A stretch of DNA of 63,942 nucleotides, the filler included, from Dehalococcoidia bacterium (lineage in GTDB: Bacteria; Chloroflexota; Dehalococcoidia; DSTF01; JACRBR01): the NCBI GenBank assembly GCA_041494685.1. It is 3 parts of 3 records of this genome, joined end to end, with 100 filler letters (N's around TTAATTAATTAA, not from the genome) between each part and the next. Parts side by side here need not be neighbours in the genome. Positions count along the whole stretch, not along the records: positions 30,426 to 60,206 come from JBGQBE010000043.1; 2 more parts are not named here. One strand, given 5' to 3'. The translations under genes and the position numbers were made by a program. The notes below the pieces were generated by a model. It was given only the letters and a program-made list of their open reading frames with translations. It was not told the DNA's origin and did not search any database. This document shows, in pieces, positions 40,322-50,307 of this stretch; positions within the stretch are counted from its first letter, which is position 1; each line of letters starts with the position of its first letter.

Positions 40322-42754
40322 CTAGAACTTCAGCTCGTCGGGCACGCTGAACAGCGGCTTGTCGTCGTCCTTCGCGCCGCCGGTTGCGCTGGGCGCGGCG
40401 CCGAACACTTCGCGCGAACCACCACCCTCGGCAGGGCCGATGATACCAGCGTCCTCGAGTTGGTCCATGATCCGCGCCGCCCGGGGGTAGCCGATCCGCA
40501 GCCGTCGTTGCAGCAGCGACGTGCTGACGCGGTTGTGCTCAAGGGCCAGCTCCTTCGCCCTCTCGAACATGTCGTCGCTGGCGCCTTCCTGTTCGAGTTC
40601 GGTCTTCGCCTGCTCGAAGAGGTGGTCGAACACGGGGCGCTCAATGTCGGAGAATCGCTCCTGCGTCCAGAACCCGACGAGCGCCTCGATCTCCTCGTCG
40701 GAAACGAAGACGCCCTGGAGGCGCTTGGGCTTCGCGGCGTCCGGCGCCATGTAGAGCATGTCGCCGCGCCCGAGCAGCTTCTCGGCCCCCGCCATGTCCA
40801 GGATGGTGCGCGAGTCCACTTGGGAGCTGACCGCGAAGGCGATACGCGTGGGGAAGTTGGCCTTGATGAGGCCCGTGATGACGTCGACGGACGGCCGCTG
40901 CGTGGCGACGACTAGGTGGATGCCCGTCGCCCGCGCAAGCTGCGCGAGACGGCAGATCTGGCGTTCCACCTCGAATGGCGCGGCCATCATCAGGTCCGCC
41001 AGCTCGTCGATGATGACGATCCAGTACGGCAGCTTCTCGGTGGCGCGCGGGTTGCGGTTGTACCCGTCGATATTGCGCACGGCAAGCGAGGCGAACTTGC
41101 GGTATCGCGACTCCATCTCGTGGATCACCGCTTGCAGCGTGCCGACGACCTTGTCCATGTCGACGACGATGTTCGAGAACGCGAGGTGCGGGATCGACGC
41201 GAATGCGGAGAGTTCTACGCGCTTCGGGTCGATCATCACCATGCGGACTTCGGCGGGCGACGCGTGCATGAGGATGCAGGAGATGATCGCGTTCATGCAG
41301 ACCGACTTGCCCGACCCGGTAGATCCGGCGATGAGTAGGTGCGGCATCTTCGTCAGGTCGGCCACGACCGGCTCGCCGGCGACGCTCTGGCCAAGCGCCA
41401 GTGCGAGCTTCGACTTCGCCGCCTGCCGCTGGAACGTCGGGCTCTCGACGACGCTGCGCAGCGTGACGAGCGACTTCGAGGCGTTCGGCACTTCGATCCC
41501 CAGCACCGGCTTGCCCGGCACCGGCGCTTCGACGCGGATGGACGGTGCGGCGAGCGCGAGCGCGATGTCGTTCATCAGCGACGTGATCTGCTGTACGCGG
41601 ACGCGGGTGCGCGAGACCTCTTCGATGCGAGTCCGGGGCACGCCGTCCTTGTCGAGGATCGGCTTGTTCTCCCTGTCACGCTCCGTCACCGTACGCGTCT
41701 TGACCTCCCAGCCCGGCTCGATGCCGAACTGCGTCACAGTCGGCCCCTCGTTGATCTGGACGACCTTCGCGTCCACGCCAAAGCTCGCCAGCGTCTCCTC
41801 GATGAGCATCGCGCGCTGTGCGTTGTCGGCAGCGCCGCTCTCGGCCGGCGGCGCTTTATCGAGAAGTACGTCCATGGACGGAAGCTGCCAGCCGTCCCGC
41901 GACCGGCGGTTACCGCGGGCGTCGACGGTCACGGACGGCGAGTCGTCGGCTTCTTGCTCCTCCAGCTCGGGAAAGAGCGGCGCCTGTACCGGCGCGGGCG
42001 GCGGCGGCGGCGGCTGTTCCGCCTCGTCAGCGTCGATCGTTGCGCCCGATGTGCGCGCCCACATCTCGGTGTCGACAGGCACCTTCACGGAGCCCTGCGG
42101 TGCCGGGCGCGTCGGGAAGATGAACTCGAACGCGCTGCGCGAAGCGTGCATCACGCGATAGGGGATGCGCCAGCCCCACACCGTGCGCGCGGCTGACGGC
42201 GTGTTCTGGACGGCGGAAGCCGCACCCTGCGGCCACACCAGCGCGAACGCGGCGATACCCAGGGCGAGCCAGATCAGGATGCCAAGCGGGTTGCCGGCCA
42301 GGGTGTGCCCGATGTCACCGCCGCCGGTGTGGTCCGCGAGCGAGACCGCCCCGAGATCCCACGCCGGGCGAAAGAAGCCGAAGAATCCGGCCATGAACAG
42401 GGTGCCCGCGATCCCGATCGCCCACGGCTTCCAGTGCCGCCACAACAACTCCTGCTCGTCGCGGATCACCAGCCAGCCCGCGTACGCGAAGAGCCCGATC
42501 CACGCGAAGATCAGGAGTCCGAACCGCTCGATGAATGTGTCGCGTGGACTTGCGAGCTGGTCGACCAGCGGATTCAGCCAGGGGACCGCGAAGATCGCGA
42601 GCGCCCAGAGCAATACGCCGAGGCTTTCGCGCCGTACGAACAGGTCGTGCACCGTCGTCCAGGACGACTGGCCTGTGCGCTTCCTGCCCACGGCCTTTAC
42701 GGGGGACTTTCCCGCGCGGGTTCGTGCCGGCTTCGCTCGCGTCCTTGCGGCCAC
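40322..42754 (-). CDS. ftsK: DNA translocase FtsK
   Basis: N-terminal TMs; MPHLLIAGSTGSGKS, IIDELADLMM, ATQRPSVDV, gamma domain LQRRLRIGYPRAAR. Confidence 0.96.
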   Translation of the reverse strand: MAARTRAKPARTRAGKSPVKAVGRKRTGQSSWTTVHDLFVRRESLGVLLWALAIFAVPWLNPLVDQLASPRDTFIERFGLLIFAWIGLFAYAGWLVIRDEQELLWRHWKPWAIGIAGTLFMAGFFGFFRPAWDLGAVSLADHTGGGDIGHTLAGNPLGILIWLALGIAAFALVWPQGAASAVQNTPSAARTVWGWRIPYRVMHASRSAFEFIFPTRPAPQGSVKVPVDTEMWARTSGATIDADEAEQPPPPPPAPVQAPLFPELEEQEADDSPSVTVDARGNRRSRDGWQLPSMDVLLDKAPPAESGAADNAQRAMLIEETLASFGVDAKVVQINEGPTVTQFGIEPGWEVKTRTVTERDRENKPILDKDGVPRTRIEEVSRTRVRVQQITSLMNDIALALAAPSIRVEAPVPGKPVLGIEVPNASKSLVTLRSVVESPTFQRQAAKSKLALALGQSVAGEPVVADLTKMPHLLIAGSTGSGKSVCMNAIISCILMHASPAEVRMVMIDPKRVELSAFASIPHLAFSNIVVDMDKVVGTLQAVIHEMESRYRKFASLAVRNIDGYNRNPRATEKLPYWIVIIDELADLMMAAPFEVERQICRLAQLARATGIHLVVATQRPSVDVITGLIKANFPTRIAFAVSSQVDSRTILDMAGAEKLLGRGDMLYMAPDAAKPKRLQGVFVSDEEIEALVGFWTQERFSDIERPVFDHLFEQAKTELEQEGASDDMFERAKELALEHNRVSTSLLQRRLRIGYPRAARIMDQLEDAGIIGPAEGGGSREVFGAAPSATGGAKDDDKPLFSVPDELKF

Positions 42755-42756
42755 AG

Positions 42757-44409
42757 CTAGACCTCCACGGCCACCGGCAGCACCATGGGGCGCCGCCGCG
42801 TCTCATCGTACAGGAACTTCGCGATCGAGTCCTTCACCTGCGTATGCACGGCGCTCCACTCCACGATATGGTCGGCGCCCTCTAGGCACTTCACGACCTG
42901 GTCGCGCGTCCGTTCGATCAGGTCTTCGCTCTCGTCCATGTCGACGAAGCCGCGCGACACTACTTCGGGGCGAGCGGCGACGCGACCGGTCTGCTTGTCC
43001 ATCGCGAGGATCACCACCACCATGCCGTCCGATGCCAGGTGCTTGCGATCGCGGAGCACGACGTGGTCGATGTCGCCGACGCCGAGGCCGTCCACGTAGA
43101 CGTAATCCGCGGAGATGTGCTCGCCGAAGTGCGCCTCGGTATCCGTGATCTCCAGCACGTCGCCATCAGTCATGATGAACGTATCCGTGCCCTGGTTCAC
43201 GGACTCAGCGACCTGCGCGTGCAAGACCATGTGCCGGTACTCCCCGTGGACGGGCACGAAGTAACGGGGCTTCACCAGCGCGTGGACGATCTTCAACTCT
43301 TCCTGCGCCGCGTGCCCGCGGACGTGCACGTCCGCGATGCGGTTGTACAGCACGTTGGCGCCGAGCTTGAACAGGTTGTCCACGGTACGGTGCACCAGCG
43401 CCTCGTTCCCCGGCACGGCCGACGCCGACAGGATCACCGTGTCGCCCTCGACGATCTTCACGTGCTGGTGGTCCTGGTTCGCCATGCGCGTGAGTGCGGA
43501 GGTCGGCTCTCCCTGGCTGCCGGTCGTGATGATGGTCAGTTTCTCGTGCGGGATGTTCGGCAGTTCACGCACGCTGACGAGCATGCCGTCCGGCACCCGC
43601 AGGTAGCCGCGCTCGATCGCCATGTTCACGTTGTCGATCATGCTCCGGCCGGTGATGAATACGCGGCGGCCCGTGTGCTCTGCCGCGTCGAACACCTGCT
43701 GCACGCGGGCGATCAGCGATGCGAAGGTTGTGACGACGACCCGCCCCTTGGCCTTCCCCATCAGATTTAACAGCGATTCGCCGACGATCTGCTCCGAGGG
43801 CGTATAGCCCGGCACCTCGGCGTAGGTGGAGTCGGCGCACAGGAGCAGCACCCCCTCGTCGCCGAGCTGCGCGAGCTTCGAGAGATCCGTCGACTGGCCC
43901 ATGACGGGCGTGTGGTCGAGCTTGAAGTCGCCCGTGTGGATGCAGGTGCCGACCGGCGTACGGATCGCGTAACCGACAGAGTCGGGGATGCTGTGCGCGA
44001 CCTGGAACGGCTCGACCGTGAACGGCCCGACGGTCTCGGAGTCTCCGGCGCGGATCTCGCGCAGGTCGGTGGAGCCGAGCAGCCGCGCCTCCTTCAACTT
44101 GACGCTGATCAAGCCGTGCGCGAGGGGAGTGCAGTACACCGGGACGTTGATCTGCCGCAGGATGTACGGCAGTGCCCCGGTGTGGTCCTCGTGCCCGTGC
44201 GTGATGAAGATCGCCAGCAGCTTCTTGTGGTTCTCGATGATGTAGCTGACGTCGGGGATCACGAGATCGACGCCGAGCATGTCTTCGGACGGGAACATCA
44301 GCCCGCAGTCCACGGCGATGCAGTCGTCCCCGTATTCGAACAGCATCATGTTCTTGCCGATCTCGCCGAGACCGCCCAGGGGGATGACGCGGAGGGGTGT
44401 GTTCGCCAT
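42757..44409 (-). CDS. rnj: Ribonuclease J
   Basis: GGLGEIGKNM, THGHEDH, GSQGEP, HVRGH, PVHGE, RRPMVLP. Confidence 0.95.
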   Translation of the reverse strand: MANTPLRVIPLGGLGEIGKNMMLFEYGDDCIAVDCGLMFPSEDMLGVDLVIPDVSYIIENHKKLLAIFITHGHEDHTGALPYILRQINVPVYCTPLAHGLISVKLKEARLLGSTDLREIRAGDSETVGPFTVEPFQVAHSIPDSVGYAIRTPVGTCIHTGDFKLDHTPVMGQSTDLSKLAQLGDEGVLLLCADSTYAEVPGYTPSEQIVGESLLNLMGKAKGRVVVTTFASLIARVQQVFDAAEHTGRRVFITGRSMIDNVNMAIERGYLRVPDGMLVSVRELPNIPHEKLTIITTGSQGEPTSALTRMANQDHQHVKIVEGDTVILSASAVPGNEALVHRTVDNLFKLGANVLYNRIADVHVRGHAAQEELKIVHALVKPRYFVPVHGEYRHMVLHAQVAESVNQGTDTFIMTDGDVLEITDTEAHFGEHISADYVYVDGLGVGDIDHVVLRDRKHLASDGMVVVILAMDKQTGRVAARPEVVSRGFVDMDESEDLIERTRDQVVKCLEGADHIVEWSAVHTQVKDSIAKFLYDETRRRPMVLPVAVEV

Positions 44410-44417
44410 GTTGTCCT

Positions 44418-45140
44418 TTACAGGAGCCGCATCTGTTGCGGATCCGCTGTTGCGGCTTGCGGGGCCGCCGGGGCGGCCGATTCTTGCGCTTCGGATGCAG
44501 TGGTGCGCAAGTGCGCCGGCACGCGCTCGACTGCCAGGGTCGCGGGCGTGGCCGTCGCGCCGCCGCCGATCGTCTTCAGGAACTCCGGAAGCCGGGCAAA
44601 GTCGGCCTCGATCACCTTGCGCAGGCTCGCCTGGTGGAGCGCCGCCGCCGGGTGGTACATCGGCACGATGATCAGGCCGTCCTTCCGGCGCGGCTGGCCG
44701 TGGATCCGGCCGATAGACTCACCGGGGAAGTAACGCTGCATAGAAAAACGGCCAAGCGTCACCACGACTTTCGGCGAAATCGCTTCAAGTTGCGCATCCA
44801 GGTACTTGCGGCAGGCCTCGATCTCGTCAGGCTGCGGATCGCGGTTGCTCGGCGGCCGGCACTTCACGACGTTCGCGATAAAGACGCTCTTGCGGTCCAG
44901 GTGGATCGACCGGAGCAGGTCGTCGAGGAACTTCCCGGAAGCGCCTACGAACGGGCGCCCCTGCTGATCTTCGTAGAAGCCGGGCCCCTCGCCGATGAAG
45001 ACGATCTCGGCGTCCGGGCTGCCCTCGCCGGGAACCGAGTGTGTCCTGCCGCTGCAGAGACCGCAATCCCGGCAGCCTGAGACCGTCTTGGCGATCAGCG
45101 CCAGCATCCGCCGCTTCTCGTTCGCATCCATGCTGCTCAT
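44418..45140 (-). CDS. Uracil-DNA glycosylase family 4
   Basis: CxxC Fe-S ligands, GEGPG, GRPFVG, KCRPP.NR, YHPAA. Confidence 0.92.
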   Translation of the reverse strand: MSSMDANEKRRMLALIAKTVSGCRDCGLCSGRTHSVPGEGSPDAEIVFIGEGPGFYEDQQGRPFVGASGKFLDDLLRSIHLDRKSVFIANVVKCRPPSNRDPQPDEIEACRKYLDAQLEAISPKVVVTLGRFSMQRYFPGESIGRIHGQPRRKDGLIIVPMYHPAAALHQASLRKVIEADFARLPEFLKTIGGGATATPATLAVERVPAHLRTTASEAQESAAPAAPQAATADPQQMRLL

Positions 45141-45509
45141 ACCTCTAGCCCTGGGGGCGGCGTCGAGAGCCGCGCGGTACGTCTACGGACATAGATAATG
45201 GCGAGGGACGTGCCATGAACGCGGTGCCGGCGCGGACCGCGCTGATCCGTCCCGCAACGGCATCCGAGGATGCCGCACCACCCGCGATCGTGGGGCTGCG
45301 CTGTCCGTCGGCCGACTCCGGCCGGGCGCGGCTGTCGCAACCCCGCAGCGTACGTACCACTCGCCACCGTTGCCGCGATGATAGCACAGGAAGCCGGGCC
45401 GCAGATAGTACCGGCACAGGTGATCGATCACGTGATCGATATACCGATCATCGACATAACGTTGGCGCGCGCCTCGATTTGAAGGACGGCGCGTGCCGCA
45501 GCCGGGGGC

Positions 45510-46286
45510 CTAACGCCTCGAGCCGATGATGCTGCGGCCTTCGACCAGCTTCGCGAGCACCACGCCGAGGATGTACAGCACCATGATCGGTGCGGCCACG
45601 ATGGTCTGGGTGATGGGGTCGATTGAGGGTGTGACGATCGCGGCCACAACAAAGGCCATCAGGATCGCATAGCGCCACCAGCCGATAAGCCGCTTCGACG
45701 TCACGACGCCGATCTTGGCGAGCCCCATGATCAGGAACGGCATCTCGAATACGAGTCCCGTCATGAGCAGCAACCGCGTGACTGTGTCGATGTACGTCTG
45801 TACGCCGATCGTGGGCTCGATGTCCTTGCTGTCAGTGTTCAGCAGGAACTTGAGCGCCGGAGGCAGTTCCGCGTAGTAGCCGAACGCCATGCCGGCGACG
45901 AACATGAACGCGGCGCCCAACACGATGGGGAAGAGCCAGCGGCGCTCCTCCTTCGTCAGGCCGGGCGCGACGAACGCCAGAATCTGGTAGACGATGACCG
46001 GCATGGAGATCGCGATCCCCAGCAGCAGCGCGACGCGGAAATACGTGCTCCAGTACTCCAGCAGCTGAAACTGGTGCAGCTTGAAGCCCGCGTGCTCGTT
46101 CTGGGCCGGCTTCACGAGGAAGTGGATCGCGTAGCCCGTCAGCGGCCACAGCGAGACGCCAATACCCACAACTAGCGCGCCCGCGCACCAGATGACGCGG
46201 GTACGCAACTCCTGCAGGTGCTCGATGATCGTTAGCACCTTTTCGTCGCCGTGGCGAGCATCGGCCGGCGGGGCCGTCGCGGTCAT
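45510..46286 (-). CDS. tatC: Twin-arginine translocase TatC
   Basis: EHLQELRTR, FVAPGL..E, FEMP, AIVTPS.DP. Confidence 0.93.
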   Translation of the reverse strand: MTATAPPADARHGDEKVLTIIEHLQELRTRVIWCAGALVVGIGVSLWPLTGYAIHFLVKPAQNEHAGFKLHQFQLLEYWSTYFRVALLLGIAISMPVIVYQILAFVAPGLTKEERRWLFPIVLGAAFMFVAGMAFGYYAELPPALKFLLNTDSKDIEPTIGVQTYIDTVTRLLLMTGLVFEMPFLIMGLAKIGVVTSKRLIGWWRYAILMAFVVAAIVTPSIDPITQTIVAAPIMVLYILGVVLAKLVEGRSIIGSRR

Positions 46287-46720
46287 CGCGGCTCCTCGAC
46301 CGCCTGCGCCGGGTCGTTCGCAGGCGGAGGCGGTACGCCCGGCTCGGGGATCTCGCGCCACGCGGCTTCAGCGGGCGGCGGCGGGGCAGCCGGGACTGAC
46401 GGGGGCGTCGATGCCCTCGCAGTGCCCGCCGCATCGAGGTCGGAGCGGGCGGCTCTCAGCGAGTCCGTCAGCGATTTCGTGGCGCCGCTGAGCCCTTCGG
46501 TGATCTCTTTCCACTCACTGCGGTCGCCGGCGGTCTCCTTGTCGAGGTCCTTGATCACTTCGTTGAACTCGGCCGCGACCTCTCCCGTGTACTTGCGGAT
46601 CTCCCGGATCGTTCGGGCGATGTCGGCGGCGAGGCGCGGCAGCCGCTCCGGGCCCACGAAGACCAGGGCCACGATGAGGATGACGAGCGCTTCCGCCGGA
46701 CCGACGCCGAACACGTTCAT
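46283..46720 (-). CDS. tatB: Twin-arginine translocase TatA/TatB family
   Basis: FGVGPAEALVILIVALVFVGPERLP. Confidence 0.85.
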   Translation of the reverse strand: MNVFGVGPAEALVILIVALVFVGPERLPRLAADIARTIREIRKYTGEVAAEFNEVIKDLDKETAGDRSEWKEITEGLSGATKSLTDSLRAARSDLDAAGTARASTPPSVPAAPPPPAEAAWREIPEPGVPPPPANDPAQAVEEPR

Positions 46721-46769
46721 AGGCGAATTGTACGCTGACGCGGATTGGAGCCCAATGATCTGCCCGATC

Positions 46770-46810
46770 CGGCCCCCTTTCCCCTCGCAGGAGAGGGGGG
46801 GGTGAGGGGT
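46770..46810. repeat. Imperfect palindromic REP-like element (CCCCTCTCC...GGGGAAAGGGGG type)
   Basis: Minus strand ACCCCTCACCCCCCCCTCTCCTGCGAGGGGAAAGGGGG; single copy in window. Confidence 0.4.
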
Positions 46811-46831
46811 GTCGGGCCGGTCACGGACAGA

Positions 46832-46857
46832 CGAAAACCGCCTTCACAGGAAGGCGG
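46832..46857 (-). terminator. Intrinsic terminator after acpP
   Basis: CCGCCTTC-CTGT-GAAGGCGG followed by TTTT. Confidence 0.8.
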
Positions 46858-46884
46858 CCGCGGTCGGATCGGAGTCTGCGTCCG

Positions 46885-47145
46885 CTACTCGTCCTCGACG
46901 CCCAGGTCCTTCAAGTAGTCAATCGCGTCCTGGACGGTCGCGATCTTTTCGGCATCTTCGTCGGAGATCTCGAGGGCCTTGCCGTCCTTGCTGAACTCTT
47001 CCTCCATCGACATGATCAGTTCGACCAGGTCGAGCGAGTCGGCGTTCAGGTCGTCGACGAACGACGCGCTGGGCACCACCTGATCCTCCTCGACGCCGAG
47101 CTGGTCGACGATGATCTTACGTACCCGTTCGAATACAGTAGCCAC
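46885..47145 (-). CDS. acpP: Acyl carrier protein
   Basis: [24 protein letters not shown]. Confidence 0.96.
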   Translation of the reverse strand: MATVFERVRKIIVDQLGVEEDQVVPSASFVDDLNADSLDLVELIMSMEEEFSKDGKALEISDEDAEKIATVQDAIDYLKDLGVEDE

Positions 47146-47186
47146 AGTGTTCTCCCTCTGTACGGCCGAGCCGCTGAGTTGGTCGC

Positions 47187-47600
47187 TTACCGCGCGAGTG
47201 ACAGGCTGACCGAGCCCAGAACTCCGTTGATGAACTTCGCGGAGTTATCGCTTCCGAAGCTCTTGGCGAGTTCGACGGCCTCGTTGATGGCCGCCCGAAT
47301 AGGCGCCCCATTATTCATAAGGATCTCCCGTATCGCAAGCCGCAGGATATTGCGATCGATGGCGCTCAACTGCTCCAGCGGCCACTGACGCGCCGATCGG
47401 CGGATCAGCGCGTCTATCTCGTCGCGCTGTTCCAGCACGCCCTCGACGAGCTCGCGCGCAAACGCGCTTTGTGTTTCCGTTAGGCTCTCCTCTTCGCAGA
47501 GGCGCGCGACGGACACGAGTGGGTCGTGGTGCGAGACGTCGGCCTCATAGAGCGCTTGGAGCGCCGCGATGCGGGCCTTACGACGAGTACTAGCTGCCAT
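47187..47600 (-). CDS. nusB: Transcription antitermination factor NusB
   Basis: [37 protein letters not shown]. Confidence 0.95.
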   Translation of the reverse strand: MAASTRRKARIAALQALYEADVSHHDPLVSVARLCEEESLTETQSAFARELVEGVLEQRDEIDALIRRSARQWPLEQLSAIDRNILRLAIREILMNNGAPIRAAINEAVELAKSFGSDNSAKFINGVLGSVSLSLAR

Positions 47601-48355
47601 CAGTACATCACCAGTCCGCCATCAACAGTCAGTATGTGTCCGGTGACGTACGCAGACTCATCAGACGCCAGGAACACCGCCGCGGGAGCGATGTCTTCCG
47701 GCTTGCCCGTGCGGCCCGCCGCCACCATGCGCATGATCTCCTCGCGCTGAGCGTCGGTGAGCCCGGAGGTCATCTCGGTGTCGATGAAGCCTGGCGCGAT
47801 GATGTTCGCCGTGATGTTCCGCGATGCGACTTCCTTGGCGATCGACTTCGTGAAGCCGATCATGCCCGCCTTCGCCGCCGCGTAGTTCGCCTGGCCCGCA
47901 TTGCCGACGATGCCCGCGACGCTGCTGATGCTGATGATCCGGCCGAACCGCTGCCGCACCATAGGCCGCACAGCGGCCTTTGTCACGTGGAATGTGCCCT
48001 TCAGGTTCGTGTCGATGACGCGGTCCCATTCGTCGTCGGACATGCGCAGGATCAGGTCGTCGGCGGTGACGCCGGCATTGTTCACGAGGATGTCGATCCG
48101 TCCGAACGCCGCGATCGTGCCCTCGACTAGCGCGCGCGCCGTGGCGGCCTCGCCGATGTCGCCGCTGATCGCGACAGCCGCGTCCGGACCGCCGCAGGCG
48201 CTGACTGCTTCCTCTGCCGCGGCGGCGTTCGTGGCGTAGTTGATCGCAACCTTCGCTCCGTGCGCGGCCAGCGCCATGCTGATGGCGCGACCGATGCCGC
48301 GGGAGCCGCCCGTGACAAGGGCCACTTTGCCGGTGAGGTCGAATAGTCTGTTCAT
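47600..48355 (-). CDS. fabG: 3-oxoacyl-ACP reductase
   Basis: TGGSRGIG, NNAG, GNAGQANYAAAK, PGFIDT. Confidence 0.93.
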   Translation of the reverse strand: MNRLFDLTGKVALVTGGSRGIGRAISMALAAHGAKVAINYATNAAAAEEAVSACGGPDAAVAISGDIGEAATARALVEGTIAAFGRIDILVNNAGVTADDLILRMSDDEWDRVIDTNLKGTFHVTKAAVRPMVRQRFGRIISISSVAGIVGNAGQANYAAAKAGMIGFTKSIAKEVASRNITANIIAPGFIDTEMTSGLTDAQREEIMRMVAAGRTGKPEDIAPAAVFLASDESAYVTGHILTVDGGLVMY

Positions 48356-49266
48356 ACCGTCAGCGATGCCACTCCGTTGATATTGCGTAGCGCCGCACCG
48401 ACTGCGATGCGCTTCGTAAGGCCAGTCAGGACCTTCCCGGGCCCGATCTCGATGAACTCGTCGACCCCCTGCGTGGCCATGTACTCGACACACTGTACCC
48501 AGCGCACCGGGTGGGTGAGTTGATACGCGAGCTCACGGCGGATTCCGTCGGGGTCCGTCATGGGGCGGGCGGAGTCGTTCGCGACGACCGGTACCCGCGG
48601 AGCAACGATCGCGGTCCCGGCGAGCGCCTCCGTCATCGGCGCGACCGCGGGCTGCATCAACGAGGTGTGGAACGCGCCGCTGACATCGAGAGGGATGGCG
48701 CGGCGCGCGCCGCGCTCCACCGCCAGCGCACAGGCGCGCTCGATGGCGTCGCGCGCGCCGCCGATCACGAGCTGCCCCGGCGAGTTGATATTGCACAGCT
48801 CGGTGCCGGCGTCGGCGCAGACGGCAGCCGCGGCCGCTTCATCCAGGCCGAGGATCGCCGCCATCGCGCCGGGCGTCGCGTCGGCGGCGGCCTGCGTCAG
48901 GCGCCCGCGCGTCTCGACGAGCCGCAGGCCATCCTCGAACGTCATCGATCCCGCCGCCGAGAGCGCCGTGTACTCGCCCAGGCTGTGGCCGGACATGAAG
49001 GCCGGGTCGCCGACGAGCGCGCCGGTGGCGCGGGCGACCGCGAGGCAGGCGAGGCTGGTGACGTAGATCGCGGGTTGGGCATTGAACGTCTTGCCGAGTT
49101 CCTCAGCGGGGCCTTCGAAGCAGAGGCGGCTGATCGGGCGGCCGAGCACCGCATCGGCGCGGTCGTAGAGGTCGCGCGCGGCGGCGTGGTCCGCGTAGAG
49201 GTCGCGGCCCATACCGGCTTCCTGCGAGCCCTGGCCCGGGAAGATCCATGCGGCGCGGTCAGACAT
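48352..49266 (-). CDS. fabD: Malonyl-CoA:ACP transacylase
   Basis: FPGQGSQ, GHSLGEY, SGAFH, EIGPGKVL. Confidence 0.95.
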   Translation of the reverse strand: MSDRAAWIFPGQGSQEAGMGRDLYADHAAARDLYDRADAVLGRPISRLCFEGPAEELGKTFNAQPAIYVTSLACLAVARATGALVGDPAFMSGHSLGEYTALSAAGSMTFEDGLRLVETRGRLTQAAADATPGAMAAILGLDEAAAAAVCADAGTELCNINSPGQLVIGGARDAIERACALAVERGARRAIPLDVSGAFHTSLMQPAVAPMTEALAGTAIVAPRVPVVANDSARPMTDPDGIRRELAYQLTHPVRWVQCVEYMATQGVDEFIEIGPGKVLTGLTKRIAVGAALRNINGVASLTV

Positions 49267-49311
49267 AACGGTGCACAGTGGCGCCGAGCGGCGAGGCGGA
49301 GTCGGCGGTCA

Positions 49312-49509
49312 CTATTCCTCGGCCTTGGGGCCCTTTACGGCGACGGCGCCGACGCGCTTGTAAAAGCCGCACGTCGGGCATGCGGTGTGGGGCAGGCGCG
49401 GGCCGCGGCACTGGGTGCAGCGCGACAGGCCGGCCGGCTTCAGGGCCAGATGGCTGCGCCGCTTCCCCTGGCGCGACTTGGGGTATTTACGCTTTGGCAG
49501 TGGTGGCAA
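49312..49509 (-). CDS. rpmF: 50S ribosomal protein L32
   Basis: PKRKYPKSRQGKRRSH, CxxC..PH.ACPTCG.Y. Confidence 0.93.
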   Translation of the reverse strand: MPPLPKRKYPKSRQGKRRSHLALKPAGLSRCTQCRGPRLPHTACPTCGFYKRVGAVAVKGPKAEE

Positions 49510-49583
49510 CGGATCTGGCTCCTGTTCTTCGCGAAACTCAGCCGCCAGTCTACCAGACGGTTCGGCATGGCACTACGGCAGGG

Positions 49584-50099
49584 CTACTGCTTCCGGCGCA
49601 GATCGGAGAGCTTCGCCCAGCGGGCGTCGCCCTGCTCGGCGGGGCAGGTGTGGGGGCCTGCGGCCAGGTCGGCGCCGCAATCGGGGCACAGGCCGGCGCA
49701 GTCCTCCGAGCAGACGGGCGCCAGAGGCAGGGCGAGCGCCCAGTACTGGGCCGTCGCCTCCGTCAGGTCCAGCACGTGGCGTGCGCTGATGCGGTAGGCG
49801 TCCTCGGTCGTCTCATCCGTCTCGACGTGGGCGCCCGTGTTCACGTCGATCGTCGGCACGTACTCCTCGTCGAGGGCGATCTCTACGGGGTAGTCGATCG
49901 GACGAAGGCAGCGGCTGCACTCGCCGCTCATCGTCCCGGAGATCGATGCGCGTACAAGGACCCCGCGCGGCGTGCGGTCGAGCCGTGCGTGGCCGGTGAC
50001 GCGGTGCTTCTCGCCCCCGACCCGCAGGTCGTCGTCGATGTCGTACTCGCGTGTCGCGCCGGTCGGTTCCTTGAGGAGCGCTGCGACGTTGAACTGCAT
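49584..50099 (-). CDS. DUF177 / YceD family
   Basis: ECSRCL, CSEDCAGLCPDCG, DARWAKL; upstream of rpmF. Confidence 0.9.
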   Translation of the reverse strand: MQFNVAALLKEPTGATREYDIDDDLRVGGEKHRVTGHARLDRTPRGVLVRASISGTMSGECSRCLRPIDYPVEIALDEEYVPTIDVNTGAHVETDETTEDAYRISARHVLDLTEATAQYWALALPLAPVCSEDCAGLCPDCGADLAAGPHTCPAEQGDARWAKLSDLRRKQ

Positions 50100-50307
50100 G
50101 GGCTCTCCCCCCTGGGTGGCGTAGACAGCCTATCGGGCGGGCGCGCGGCGGGTCAATTGAGTCAGGGGTTGCCGCCAAGCCGGGACGATCGCCTATAATC
50201 GCGTGAAAGCCCTGGACCGCACGCATGCCGCATCTTCCTCGAAACCGCCGCCCGCGTTTGATGCGGCAGCGCCGCTGTGGAAGTCCTGAATGGTAACAAC
50301 GCACTCA

